Shown here piece by piece: positions 38,861 through 51,929 of a stretch of DNA of 64,000 nucleotides. The translations under genes were made by a program, and so were the position numbers. The notes beneath the pieces were generated by a model, which searched no databases, had not been told where the DNA came from, and saw only the letters and a list, made by a program, of their open reading frames with translations. The stretch is from Octopus sinensis. Its lineage: Eukaryota. The stretch lies in the NCBI RefSeq assembly GCF_006345805.1, contig NC_043000.1, forward strand, positions 58,838,001 through 58,902,000. Direction: 5' to 3'. Every line of letters begins with the position of its first letter. Position 1 is the first letter of the stretch.

Positions 38861-41677
38861 CAATGTGTTCAGTGAAAATGAAAATCAAATCAGTGCACAC
38901 TACATGCCTGTATGCAGAAAACATAGTATCACCTCTCACCCAAAGGATTTTGCCCACATGGCATTGGTTTTGGCAGGAAAAATAAAGTCAGATACTTTTT
39001 GAATGCACCATGTATGTATATACATGTTGATTCATATGGACTGAAGTGAGTGCATGGGTAATACACTTGCTTTGAGTATATTACCCAAGTGACGTTGTGT
39101 TGTATGTATTACAGTACACAACATAATAAAGCACAACAATTACATAATATTGTTTATAAAATGTTTTATGATAAACTTTTGTAATATCTTGAAATATTTG
39201 AGGAAAAAACAAGTACTGTTTATGAATGATGCATTGTCCTTACAACCTATCAAATTAATTGACCTCTTTTAAAGCAACAAATATAAATAGGTATGTCTCC
39301 ACAACTATTTGAGCCACTTTGCCATTGTTTAACCCTGTTTTGATCTTTGTTTTTCTTAGATAGAACAAACTCATGATTAAGAGACATTCCAGAAATTATA
39401 CTTTTTTTCATAGAATGGTAGGGAGTAATTTTGAGGAAATATGGCTGCTCTTTCTAGCAAGTAAGGTGACCATGTAGAAATTTCTTCATGTATAATTCTT
39501 AAAGGTTATGGAATCCTCAATATTTGCAATCTTATTCAGAAACATTTATAAATACTGAAGTTTCGAGTTTACTTTTTAGATCTTATCAGTAGTATACAGC
39601 ATAGACATACTTAACTGCAAAGAAATTGATAAAAAGGAACCTAGTCATCTGGGAACTAGTTTTAGGTGCTAGGGAGAACAAGACAATAAATGACAGAAAT
39701 CTTTGTATGAATGACTCAAAGCTCACAAAATCTAATTCAACTTAATTCTTAAGTGGTTCCTTTGCAATAGTCAATCACCTTGAAAACAGATAATTCCACA
39801 CTGCCCCCAAACCCCAAGGCTCCTATATCTGAGTAGTTTCACTTTTCTTTTTAATTTATAGTCCAAAGAAGCAAGGCCATAGTGCATAGATCTAAATGAT
39901 TTTAGTTCAGTTAATTTTTAGTTGCAATTATTGCTGACTAATTTTCAACGAAAAACATGGCCGGAAGTCTAAGAGAACACAATTCTAGAGATAAACAGAA
40001 TGAAACATTATGAATGAAGAGAAAGAGGAAAGACACTAAGAAATATATTTAAGTGATGATGTCAGAACAATAATGTTTTTAGTGGGAGAGGGAGAAGCAT
40101 AACTTAATACTGAGTGATATGTTGCTGATAGTTTGTAAATGCTTTTCCTATTATGCATCATCATTAAAAGTTAATTTATATATATTTTTGTGTGGGGTGT
40201 GTTAATGATAGAAAAAAATAGTCTGTGTAAAGTATATAAACATTTAGCTGTGGGACCTTTATAAATGGAGAGTTAGTGGAATTTTAAAATGTATTTATGC
40301 CCTTTTGGTGTTAATTATTACTAAGTTGTATGAATCCTGATTGCTTTAGGAAACCATTTTAATAGAGGATGTAAAATTTTATATTTGAAATCAGAAACTA
40401 AATAAAAAAGGGCTTGGTCTCTCTTTACTGCCTGGGTCAATATGCCTAACTTAAAATCAATATTACTGTATCCAAAGCAATACTGGAGTGTCTGAGACAG
40501 TTGTATAAGGAACTGAACATCATGTAATATTTAGTCTTTTGTACATTCCAAGTTCACACTGAGACTGAGTACATCTTTTATCTCTCTGGAGTCAATAGAA
40601 TAAATACAATAATGGACTGCAATTGTTTCAGGCGACTCTACCCCTATCTGAGGCCTTGTGCCAAACTATGAAATTATAGACTCAGCAAAAATGCATCACT
40701 GTAAGTTAAGTAAAATATACCTGTAGCCATAACAGAAGTAAACCATAAAAAAACATGTAATAAGTCAGCTGATATTTTGAAGACCAGTATAAAAATTAAC
40801 AAAAGCCAGGGAAAATAGGAAATAATCAATACTACAATTGTTCTCAATCTCTAGAAGCATAGGAAAAGACAAATTAAAAAATGAAATCAAAACAGAGCTT
40901 TAGCAAAACCACCAAGTGGATATGAAATTAAGAAGCTAAGTTTTTTAGATGTTGAATGCAAAAGTACTTGCTACAATATTCAAGAATCAAATAACAATAC
41001 TAAACATGAAAAATTAGCATAAAAGAGTAAATGAAAAAATTGATATAGATAAGTTTCTCAAATATTAAATCATAAGAAGGATGATAAATCAAGCATAGCT
41101 ATCAAGAATGAAATGTTAATGCAAAAATGAGATGAAATAAATAATTTTAAAAATGTATTTTGTACTTTAAAAAAAATCTTGGTAAAACAAGTCAAAAGTG
41201 GCAGTTGCTCCACATACAAGACACAACTCAAACTAATGAGAAAGCCTATATATGGCCACTCAATCTACTAGAAATAGCAGACAAATCTCCCTCAAATCAC
41301 ACTCTCATCTTAAAAAAGAACATTAGATATCCTGGATTCTCTGCATATAACAAGAGGAATTAGAATCTGAAGAGTAACCAGCAAAATGAAAAATAATACT
41401 TCTGCAAATATGTATAACATAGTGTATATCTGGCTATCAAAAGAATTTTTATGCTCAGTCAGAGAGGAGACCTGCTAAAAAAATAAGCTGATTGAATTAA
41501 CAATCAATTCTTATGAATGTTTTTTGCTTGTGTACGATTCATTAAAATAAAAAAAGTTATCCACTTGAGTTGTAAATGTGAAAAGCTTTCTTACAATCAA
41601 ATTACTTTATATTTCAAAATACTTAGAAAAAGGAATAACTATTTTTCTATCCTTTTAAATAGTATCATAATAACAGT

Positions 41678-41860
41678 AACAAGAGCACTCCAGAGAGCAC
41701 AAACCTCCGCCAAGGCAAGACCAACGTCCTCTCAACGATTAGCCAGAGATGACTTTTAAAATGAGAATATCTGAAAATAAAGTCAACTGCTCTCACAAAC
41801 AAGAATATTAAAAATGAACCTGATCACTCTCAAATATTAAGTAAAAAAAAAAAAAAAAAA
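41678..41860. mobile_element. Partial copy of the element at 62757-63117
   Basis: AACAAGAGCACTC..AGAG..CAAACCTCCGCCAAGG...TTTTAAAATGAGAATATCTGAAA shared with 62757. Confidence 0.75.
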
Positions 41861-41884
41861 CAGTAAAAAAAAAACAGTCAATTA

Positions 41885-42215
41885 CATCAACCCCAGTATG
41901 CAACAGGAACTTATTTTATTGAAAAGATTAAAGGCCAATTTGAACTCAGATCATGAAGATGGGTGAAAATGCTGCTAAGCATCTTTCTAGCATGCTAACA
42001 ACTCTGCCAACTCACAATAATACTGGTTTCAAATTTTGCCACAAGGGCAGCCATTTTGGGGGAGGGGATGTGTCAATTACAAGTGGTACTCAATTTATCA
42101 ACCCCAAAAGGATGAAAGGCAATGTCAACTTTGGCGGAATTTGAATTTAGAACATATCACCGGGTGAAATACCGCTAACCATTTCTTTCAGTGTGCTAAC
42201 AATTTTGCCAATAAT
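41885..42215 (+). mobile_element. Two adjacent SINE fragments with a Meta-domain-like core
   Basis: GGTACTCAATTTATCAACCCCAAAAGGATGAAAGGCAATGTCAACTTTGGCGGAATTTGAA core. Other copies at 47500-47880 (minus) and ~61900. The MetaSINE assignment is from memory. Confidence 0.65.
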
Positions 42216-44016
42216 AATAGTTTCTTAGGCACATCATTTTATCAACCTCACGGTAATGATATGCAAAGTTCACCTCAGTGGAATTTGAACACAAACTGCA
42301 AAGAGCTGGAAAAAATAGCACAAAGCATTTTTTCCCGAAGCTCTAATGATTCTGTCATGCTACTGTTCTGTTCTCTAAGGTGAAGAAGAAAAAAATATTT
42401 GAATTTGAATTTTTGATTGCAATACAGAATATAATAACTCCATACTTTATAATACTAACTCTAGCTATATTTGTATCACCTCAAGGTTTTGCAAAAACCA
42501 ACGAAAAGAAAGTTGCATATTGGCAGAAATCAGGCCAAACATTCTATCTTTACATTCAATAAACTTCAAATTGAAAATGACTAATTCCTTATATTATGAA
42601 TCAAGAAGTAATTTCCTTTAAAATTAAATTTTCTGTGATGATAAAAATGCAAAAGGCTAAATTATTGACCTGAACTGAAGATGTGTCTCTCCAAGAGGGT
42701 GAAGTATTTTGAAGGTTACAAGCTAAATAGAGATGAAAAAATTGAATGGAAATGTGATGCCATTCTTAAGAAAATGAAATTAAAAATTGATCAAGATTAT
42801 TCCCAGATATAGTTCTTTTTTTTTTTTTTTTAGAATGGAGTTAAAGGTCTATGCATTCAAAATCAAAAACAATATCTACTATAACATTGTATTTGCAAAA
42901 GCAAAAACTGAAACATAAAATTCTGCATTTTCTTATTACTTAAAAAAAAGAAAAACTGAAATAACTGTTCTAACAGAAAATGAAATTGTTTTTATTTCCA
43001 TGGCCTATTTTACAATATGTGTGAATTAAATATAGCCACAGCCATATTTATTCACTACAATAAAAGAATTAAAAGTTCATAAAATTACAGAGACCATTTA
43101 TTTAATTGTTGTGTAATAATTCTGTAAAATGTCTTTAAGTACAGAATTAATTTTCCACATTGTTTTAAGGAGCGAAGAATTTCTTTTCTATTTGATGATC
43201 TTAATTTTCCCACTGCACTCAACACGATTTTGTTAAATTTGTTAGCCATTATATTGTATAAATTAATTTTGACCAAACAATCATTAATTATATATATTTA
43301 GAACACCTAAAAAGAATCACAAAAGAATAGTAAAAGAAGATAGTCAGGATGATAGGGAAAAAAATAATAAAACTCAACTGCTTAAACTAAAATTTACAGT
43401 TAAGAATCATGCTTACTGGAAAATAGCTTTCCCAATCATGCTTCATAACTCCAGTCAACCCAAAAAAACAAAAGCAAATTTTCTATGATAATCCTTGACT
43501 AAGCCAAATTATTACAAAATCCTTGAAGTGGAAAAAAAACTAATAACCTACAAATAAATATTAAGCAAAGAAATACAAAAAGCTGATGATGCTGAAAGTT
43601 CAAATAAAGCAAAAACTACCTTAACTATACTGACCTTTCTCCACCAGGCTCACACAAGAGGAAAGTGTATGTTAGTCATAAATGAAATCTGGTGAAAAGC
43701 AACCATCTCCTAGTTTACTTCATATATTGACAATTATTCATATAATTTTATTAGAATTGAGGTATGCATTAAACAATGTGTAAAAAACATCTACACAGCT
43801 ATAGAATATTTAAACATATCTTTTGTCATTTGCATACTTCATTGTCCCTTTTGATACCAAACCACCTGATGTTGTCTTACAGTCATATAACATGAAACTA
43901 TGAGTACGGTTATATATATATATATATATATTTGTTTTTAGATGAAGAATTCAGTACATTATTTACATTATTCCATTGGACAGATATGTGTCCTCATCCA
44001 TCTTGTTTGTTGTTAC

Positions 44017-44053
44017 CACATTTCAGCTGATTTACTCTAGCCTTCATCAGGTG
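44017..44053 (-). ncRNA. Minimal hammerhead motif, degenerate (helix III deleted)
   Basis: CAC-CTGATGA-A-GGCT..CAGCT-GAAA-[CGT missing]-T-GTG. Confidence 0.55.
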
Positions 44054-44270
44054 TCCTGGTAGAATTTTGAACCCAACCCTGGGTTCTTATTCCTAAGGTG
44101 TTTTTTGCTCATGTTGTTATTATTATCATTATTTATTCAAGGCACTGCCTGGAATTGAACTCACAATCTTGGGGTTAGTAGCCCACACTCTTAACCATTA
44201 TGGTATATGCCTATGCCTTGAATAAATAATAATAATAATAATAATAGCAAAAATACCTTAGGAATGAGGA

Positions 44271-44312
44271 CACCTGATGAAGGCTGGAGAGTAAATCAGC
44301 CAAAACATTGTG
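44271..44312 (+). ncRNA. Minimal hammerhead motif, degenerate through two CpG transitions
   Basis: CAC-CTGATGA-A-GGCTG-loop-CAGCC-aAAAC-aTT-GTG. Restoring two CG dinucleotides gives GAAAC-GTT with helix I CAC/GTG. Confidence 0.6.
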
Positions 44313-45067
44313 GTAACAATAAACAAGATGAGGACACATGTCCATCCAATGTAAATAGTGTATGAAACTATGAATATTAAAATGTTCATATTTAATTTAT
44401 TAAACTTTTCACCATAATAATATTTAAATATCCTTATGTTCTAAACACTAATTTAATGAAATGGTTTATTTTACTAAATCCCTTCAAATTCTTGGTTATT
44501 TTCAGAATTAATTGAAACAATTAAGCAGTGTATTTCAAGGGTTAAATTAAATAACAGAAAACTTTTAGCCACTAGAACCAATTTGATGAAAGTATCAAGT
44601 TACATTGGAAGACAGTGAGCATATGGAATGTGTGTAAAATATTTCAAATTAGATATATGTTATGCATCCACTCTATTAATATCCATACAAATTCACATAT
44701 TTCATATAGTAAATTATGACAGAAAAAGGGAAAATTTGTATAAAAATGTGTGTATGTGTCTGTACATGCATTTTTGTGTGCATGTGCGCAAGTGTAGTTC
44801 TACAAGAAACTGAAATAAAGACAGTTTCCACAGACAGTCAGCAAAATCAAATTTTTGTAACTAAAAATATCATAATTTAATTATAAAATATATTCCCTGA
44901 CTCAGCACAATTCAAAGAGTTCAAATGAAATTTGGTGCATATTTAATATGGGTTATAAATTGATGTCTTAGAGTTTACAGATAGATTGGCAACAGTGTTC
45001 ATCTTTGAATCCTTTATCTAGACACTACTATAATCATAGTAAGCAATCTATAAGCAAAAGTTCTTAC

Positions 45068-45195
45068 ATGTGATCTGTTGAAGTGTGTTTTAGTGCATAA
45101 AGGAGTTGTTGAACCAAGTTTTCATCTCTGCATCCAAGGATCCTTCGAGCATCATCAGCAATTTTTGAATTGAAAAGAAGACTCTTATTGTGCAT
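45068..45195 (-). CDS. Candidate first (or early) coding exon of host gene: MHNKSLLFNSKIADDARRILGCRDENLVQQLLYALKHTSTDH
   Basis: 128 nt open from ATG to donor AT|gtaaga (phase 2); locally higher GC/CpG. The frame stays open upstream (LIPAAIFEIVVLPELPLPTALPSS), so it could instead be internal with an acceptor near 45208 or 45235. Confidence 0.55.
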
Positions 45196-47471
45196 ACTTG
45201 ATGGCAGTGCTGTAGGCAGGGGCAATTCCGGTAACACTACAATTTCAAAGATCGCAGCAGGAATTAAGTATCATTTAAAAAAAAATATATATATCCACCA
45301 AACTTGTCACTGATTAAATAAAAGACATTGAATTTAATCAATAAGACAGAAGATTTATGTGAATAAATAAACAAGAAAGCGTGAAACTGTATCGAATTAC
45401 TATGACAGCAATTTTCTAAAACACAAGAAACTTTATTCAGCCACTTGGATATCAAAATATCTTTGTGAAAGAAACCAACTATCCACAAACATTAAATCAA
45501 AGTCAAAGACAACAATCCGTCCCCTCCGTTTCACTATGACAAATATCATTTTTAAAAACACAGGGAGTGGAGTAGATTTTTTTAAACAAAATCTGTCAAA
45601 AAGTTTCTATTTTCTTTGAAGAGACGAAGGAAATGAATTATGACTTTGATAAAATGAATAAAATAGAAGTTAAAATTCAGATAAAAATTTAATATTCTCA
45701 GCGATCATTATCATTAGAAAGAAAACAGAAAGATTCAAAGATAATCCAAAACTTCAGATATAAATAATTTATGCTTAAAAGATTTTCATGTTCTACAATG
45801 ATACTCATAAGACCAAGTTGCAATTTACACTAAAATGCTTCACAACTACACCCCAACCTCGCAAAAAAAAAATTATTCAAAATATTCAGAGCTGAATAAT
45901 TTCTTGAAAGAAAACAAATTTTTTTGACAATTTAGAAAAAAAAGATAAACAAAGTGAACATTTTTCTTAATTCAAGACAACTGGCTATGCTTGTAAGTCA
46001 GAAACTTTCTTCGCATGAAACAAAAGAGGTTAAGAAAAGTATAAGATTTTTATGATAAAATTAATATTTCTTCAACTGTATAAACTTTGAGAATGCGGAA
46101 GCTACATTAAATAAAAACTATTGAAAGAAATGGGGGGTGGGGAAATAGATAAAGAAAAAAATTCATGATGAGAACTGAGAAAGAAAATATTTAATCCCAA
46201 ACCAAAAAATATAAACTGGCTCCAAAACAGAATGAGATGGCTGTGTGCCACTGTTGTGTGCCAGTCATTGACACGCATGCTTGAGAGTTAAATCTAGTTT
46301 GTTTTCTTTGTTTTTTGTCTTTTTTTTTTGCATTTTGGCATTGAAGACATGCAGCAGATATATACACAAAGGGGAAAGAAAAAACAAAGACAGAAAGAGA
46401 AAGTATAATTAATTATTAACTGGAATAGTAAGAAAGTTATCTCCATTTGTATGACACAAATACAAAAACAAAAAATTATTATAAATAACAGAAATTATTA
46501 CTAATCTGATTTATCAAAAATTTAACTTTATTCAATTTTTCATTTGATAATTATGAATAAAGTGGCTCAGAAAGTTAGTTTTTGCATAGGATAAAAACAG
46601 AATTTTCCCAGAGCCAAAAATCCAATGCCAAATGGATTTTCTGTTGCCAAATGGGCTGTGCCAAAACATCCCTAACCAAACCCAAAATTGGTGTGAAGAA
46701 ATCTGATAGTAAAATACAAACTGAAATAATATTACAACAAATGAGGAATGTTTAACATACTAGTAAGTACCCTAGTTCTTGATAAGATTATTTTTGATAC
46801 TGTGACATTGTGCCTAATACTTCATATAAGAAGAAATTGGCACATGAGACAGAAACATTTCTCAAACATTAAAACAAATGAAATAATGACTATTAGAATC
46901 CTTTTCAGAGAAGTAAAATTAATTTCTTACATAGACTTACAGCTTCAGATATGTAAAGAAAGAAAAGATTTGATTAGCTGATGGATATGCCTTTCTCAAG
47001 AGAATTAGGAACATTAGTGAAGTGAAATGGCAACAATTAAGAAACAAAACTAGGCCGGAAGTATATCTCTACACTAACCAAGCAAAAGTTTTGTTTTTTA
47101 TTGGAGGACAGATTAAAGCTGAACATTAATTATAATCCACATTTTAAAACTGTGCCTGTACAGCTATACAAAGAAGGAATAAAAGTATGAAGTAAGTTCA
47201 TTATCACATTTTTATTCCATTCTCATGTTTATTAAAAAACACTGAATATATTTTTAATATATTAAAAAGAAAACACATCAAAACTATATTGTTAAATTTA
47301 GTATAAAGTATATTCAAGAAGTTACTTTTGCTCTACAAGATAAGGTAAAGTTAAATCAATATATTCAAGCATTATACTTCTTACTAGAAGGTTTTTGTCA
47401 GCTCACTGATTATCTTACAAAATTTTGTTGTCAAAATTGTCTTTTGACAACTTCCTTTTCATGATCACCTA

Positions 47472-47499
<28 letters not shown>

Positions 47500-47514
<15 letters not shown>

Positions 47515-47880
47515 CCTGTCACTCCATTCTGAGTTTAAATTCTGCCAAGGTCGACTTGGCCTTTCATCCTTTCGGGATCAATAAATTAAGTACCAATCAA
47601 GTACTGAGGTCGATGTGATTGACTAGTCCCTTCCCCTAAATTTCAGACCTTGTGCCTATTGTAGAAAGGATTATTATTATTATTATTATTATAATTATTA
47701 TTATTATTATTATTACTATTATTATTATTATTATTCGCCATCGCTACATTCTGCGTTCAAATTCCACTGAGCTCAACTTTGCATTTCATCCTTTTGGGAT
47801 CGATACCAGTTACACACTGGCATTGATGTAATAGACTCATCCCTTCCCCCAAATTTGCTGCCCTTGTGGCAAAATTTGAA
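47500..47880 (-). mobile_element. Two Meta-domain-like SINE copies separated by (ATT)n
   Basis: Reverse complement of ...GAAAGGATGAAAGGCCAAGTCGACCTTGGCAGAATTTAAACTCAG and ...AAAAGGATGAAATGCAAAGTTGAGCTCAGTGGAATTTGAAC. Confidence 0.7.
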
Positions 47881-47986
47881 ATTATTATTATTATTATTAT
47901 TATTATTATCATCACTATCATTATTATTATTATTATTATCATTATTATTATCACTATCATTATTATTATCATTATTATCATTATTA

Positions 47987-48044
<58 letters not shown>

Positions 48045-48085
48045 TATTATTATTACTACTACTACTACTACTACTACTATTATCA
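47880..48085. repeat. (ATT)n/(ATC)n/(ACT)n trinucleotide tract
   Basis: Directly visible; source of the poly-I and poly-L ORFs. Confidence 0.95.
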
Positions 48086-48926
48086 TTAATATTAAAATGA
48101 CAGAAAACTCACTCTACCATAAGCAAGTTGCGCCTTTATTTCCAAGCCTATCTGCTACAGTTCTAGAGCTTCTCAAGAAAAGAAAGGCATGAAGTTTAAA
48201 ACTTTTAATAAAGGAATACAAGTAATGCAAAATGATACCAAATAGCAAAACCAAACATATTACAGATTTAGATTCATTACAAGTTAAGTGTGACTAAACA
48301 TGAAGCTCAAATAGTACTCTGATCACTAGGGTTGGTCAATTAGTTATTACTTAGATGCTAGTGCATGATTTAACAAGATGGAAACTTAGTAAACAATTGC
48401 TTCCATAAAAAAGAAGTTCTGCTATTACATTGACAATGAAAAAAAGCTTTAAAAGTCTATAACGACAACAGAAGAAATGTTGTATACAATCTAATAGATA
48501 CAAAAGAGGCAACAGTTATTTTGTATTCCTAAACTGGTATTATTTTTGAAAGAGTACAGATTTTTTGAAGTGTGATAGCGATAGGTATACTGAACAGTGC
48601 TGTACTTAGATAAATTTGAGGTTTAATTAAGTCAGTTTAGAAAGTTAACATTATACAATCTAGAAACAACTCACTGCACAGACCCTTCAAAGATACAGAA
48701 TAAATAATTTATTAATTATAATTCTGTTATTAGGAAAGATAAAGCTATAATTGCTTAAAGATTGAAAATTTATATACAATTAAAGGCTTAGCATTGTACA
48801 ATTAGACAAGGCATACATAATCAGGAGGCTTTACCTTCAAAAATTAGATGCCAATGATTCATTTCAGTTAAATCTTCATCTCTCAAGAGTTAATATACAC
48901 ATGCTCTTCCAATAAGCTATTAAGTA

Positions 48927-50079
48927 TTGGATCAGCCCATAAATAATGCAGTTTTTTCAGTTGCATGAACTAAAAGTCAGAGGGAGACAGGATAAACTAC
49001 TTGCATCAACTTGCTATAAAAGCAGGTAGTAATTTTACCTTGTTCTTATTCTTAGTGCAAATTTTGAAGAATGCAGTTCGATTTTAACAGTTATTGTTTC
49101 AGAGCCATAATGGAAGTGACTAAGGAGCATATTCAGCATATTTTGCTTTATGAGTTCAATAAAGGCAACAATGCAACAGAAAGTGCGAGGAATATTAATG
49201 CAGTAGATGGGGATCAGACAATAAGTGTAAGCCAGTGTCAATGGTGGTTCCAGAAATTCCAAGCTAGAAACTACAGCCTAGAAGACAAGGCTCTTCCTGA
49301 AAGATCTGTAGAACTCAACGAGGACGTCCTGCAAATCCTGGCGGAACAAAATCACATCATAACTATTGAGGAACTAGCAGAGAAGCTTGGATTTGGTCAC
49401 TCAACCATTCGTTAACACCTGCATGCCATCAGATAAGTCAGTAAATTGGGTCAATGGGTTCTCTATAAAAATGTCAAGCGCTGAAGACAGTGGGTAGGGA
49501 AAGGAGAAACACGGGCACCCCAGGCTAAAGAAGGTCTTCACCCACATAAGGTGTTGTTATCTGTTTGGAGGGATATGAAAGTTTTAGTCCACTTTGAACT
49601 TTTAAACCCAAACCAAACAATAACAAAGGAGATCTACTGTGAGCAGCTTAGGTCAGCACTAGAGAAAAACCACTGTCTTTGCTTTCAACATGAAACATGT
49701 TCTTCCATCAGGCTAATGCTCGGCCACATACAGTGAGGATGACATTCCAAGGGCTAAAGCAGTTTGAATAGGAAATGATATCCCATCCACCATATTCGCT
49801 GGATATTGCCCCATCTGATTATCATTTATTTAGCAGTCTTCAAAATCATTTGGATGGAGAAAAATATGAACTCTGTAGATGAAGTCAGAACAGTACTGGA
49901 GGAGTATTTTTCATCACGGACAAGTGAATTTTGGAAGAGGGGCTTTGCAAGTCTACCAGATAGATGGAAGAGCATTGCAGAAAATGAAGGCCAGTACATT
50001 TTAGATTTAAAAAGAACTTTGTTTATCTTAATTTTGAAAAGAAGTATAAAATAATCACATTATTTATGGGAATACCCAA
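48927..50079 (+). mobile_element. mariner (DD34D) transposon with both TIRs, internally deleted pseudogene
   Basis: TA-TTGGATCAGCCCATAAATAATG ... CATTATTTATGGGAATACCCAA-TA. Transposase from ATG 49110 (MEVTKEHIQHILLYEFNKG..), LGQWV, KVLLSVW, PYSLDIAPSDYHLF; the region around the first catalytic D is deleted. Confidence 0.93.
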
Positions 50080-51178
50080 TAGTTATCAATAAAATATTTT
50101 TGTAACCTAATAAGTCTAATTGAGAAAGCACCAAGCAGTGTGATTTTGAAGATCTAAGTAAAAGAATGGAAAACTTTGATTTAGATCTGGGCCACATATG
50201 ACTAATGAACAAAAGTTATTTCACATTAAATTATTCACAAAATCATTCATCACCAGATGCAGTTTATTAGTTTATATTGTTTTATAAATTATATTTGGTA
50301 AATAACAGTGTCCTTCCTTGCAGCTTTCCAAGGAGCCAGTCAGCATTTTGCAACAATTCTAATGAAAATGACAAGTGATTTGCCTGTGCGTTTTAAATAC
50401 ATCTTTTATTTGAAAGCATTAATATTTTCAGTTTTCTTTCTGATGTTTACATTCCTCACCAACATACATTAGTGAAAGATATATGTAATATACACATACA
50501 CACACGACCTGCTTCCACAGTTTCTATCAGCCAAATTCCACTCACCGGGCATTAGTGAATCTGAGGCACTTGCACAAAAAGCCATGGAGTGGGATTTAAC
50601 CCAGAGCTTTGTAACAATGAAGTGAACTTCTTAACTGCATAATGAATACCTGTATCCCACCCAATAATGCCAATGCTACTTAACCATAATGGATTCCACA
50701 AGGGCTGTTATTTCTTCAATCACCAAAATATCATATAGAAAATCTACCAAAACAAGCCACTTTTAAAAGCTTTTCTCTTCCCTACTTCTGCATCTTTTAC
50801 AAATCCGTGAAACAGAAATAACCAAATTAATGTTTGAGAGAGACCTAAAGATCTAGCATACAGAAATGTACAATGCTTAGTTCTGAAAAGTACAACATGG
50901 AACTGGTCTGTCTCCAAAATGCTTATTTTAAAGCATGTTGGCAATATAATTCAGTTGATATTATGGTAAATTGGAAGTTCAGAATGTAGCACACAGTATA
51001 AAGCAAAAGATGTTGCAGCAATTTGAGTGAATGGGTTTATCTGGATCAAATAACAGAACAACAGTCTTATTTAGTGTTTTGGAGTTCAGGCTCAATGTTG
51101 ATATATCTAGGTATTAATCTGTGAAAGGACTCAAAGATGAATAAGAACAACCCCTAAAGATCAAAATGGAAGTTCAAG

Positions 51179-51929
51179 AGAAATTTCGGATCTTTTTCTT
51201 TTGAACGACACATGTCAACACAATTTCTAGTTAACTAAACACTTTAAAACTTCGTATACTGGTAGAATGTGCCCAAATAAAACATTTTTTTCTCTTGGCT
51301 TTCTTGATAAAATTGTAATTTGCTTGTTTAACGTAGTTTAATTTTTCGAATTTTAACCAATGAATCGCCTCTAATTGAGCTAAAATCATTTGCTGTGTCT
51401 AAAACTGAGACAACATCCTGTCACTAACCCTAAACCTCACCCTAACCCTAACCCAAAATTTTTTTTCTTAATTGTTAATTTAATTGTTACGTGTGTAAAA
51501 AAAAATGGAAGGCTAAAACGAAAGCAATGGAAAATAATTTAAACAATTAACAAACAAAATAATTCTATAATTTTATACACACGCTTTCCATACATATACG
51601 TTTTAGCCTTCTGTTTTTTTTTTACACGCGTAACAATTAAATTAATTTAACAATTAAGAAAAAAAAATTTAGGGTTAGGGTTAGTGACAGGATGTTGTCT
51701 TAGTTTTAGACACAGCAAATGATTTTAGCTCAATTAGAGGCGATTCATTGTTTAAAATTCGAAAAATTAAGCTACGTTAAACAAATGAATTACAATTATA
51801 TCAAGAAAGCCAAGAGAAAAAGATGTTTTATTTTGACACATTCTACCAGTATACGAAGTTTTAAAGTGTTTAGTTAACTGGAAATTGTGTTGACATGTGC
51901 CGTTCAAAAGGAAAAGATCCGAAATTTCT
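51179..51929. mobile_element. Fold-back / long-TIR MITE (~330-bp arms) containing (CCCTAA)/(TTAGGG) repeats
   Basis: AGAAATTTCGGATC ... GATCCGAAATTTCT termini; arms complementary through ~51510 and ~51590; telomere-type units at 51424-51454 and 51670-51685. Confidence 0.88.

Larger units (their letters stand above)
43904..44361 (-). mobile_element. tRNA-headed SINE with hammerhead-bearing tail and inverted tail duplication; 12-bp TSD
   Basis: Direct repeat ATGAAACTATGA at 43892-43903 and 44362-44373. tRNA-like head 44211-44141 (A-box-like TAATGGTTAAG, B box GTTCAATTCC). Tail 44144-43960 is mirrored by 44214-44357. Confidence 0.75.
43846..44541. mobile_element. piggyBac-type MITE interrupted by the 43904-44361 insertion
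   Basis: CCCTTTTGATACC start and CAAGGG-TTAA end; right half resembles 7990-8110. Confidence 0.6.

Noticed and set aside
43635-43688. Minus-strand 54-nt segment with good acceptor and AG|GTCAGT donor
   Set aside because: It has stops in all three frames. It could be a poison or UTR exon, or a 14-nt microexon after a TGACTAAC branch-like site, but there is no supporting evidence.
44141-44211. tRNA gene
   Set aside because: The anticodon and T stems do not pair properly and it is embedded in a TSD-flanked repeat; treated as a SINE head.
51424-51685. Interstitial telomere or chromosome-fusion scar
   Set aside because: Only a few units, and they lie symmetrically inside the arms of a fold-back element.
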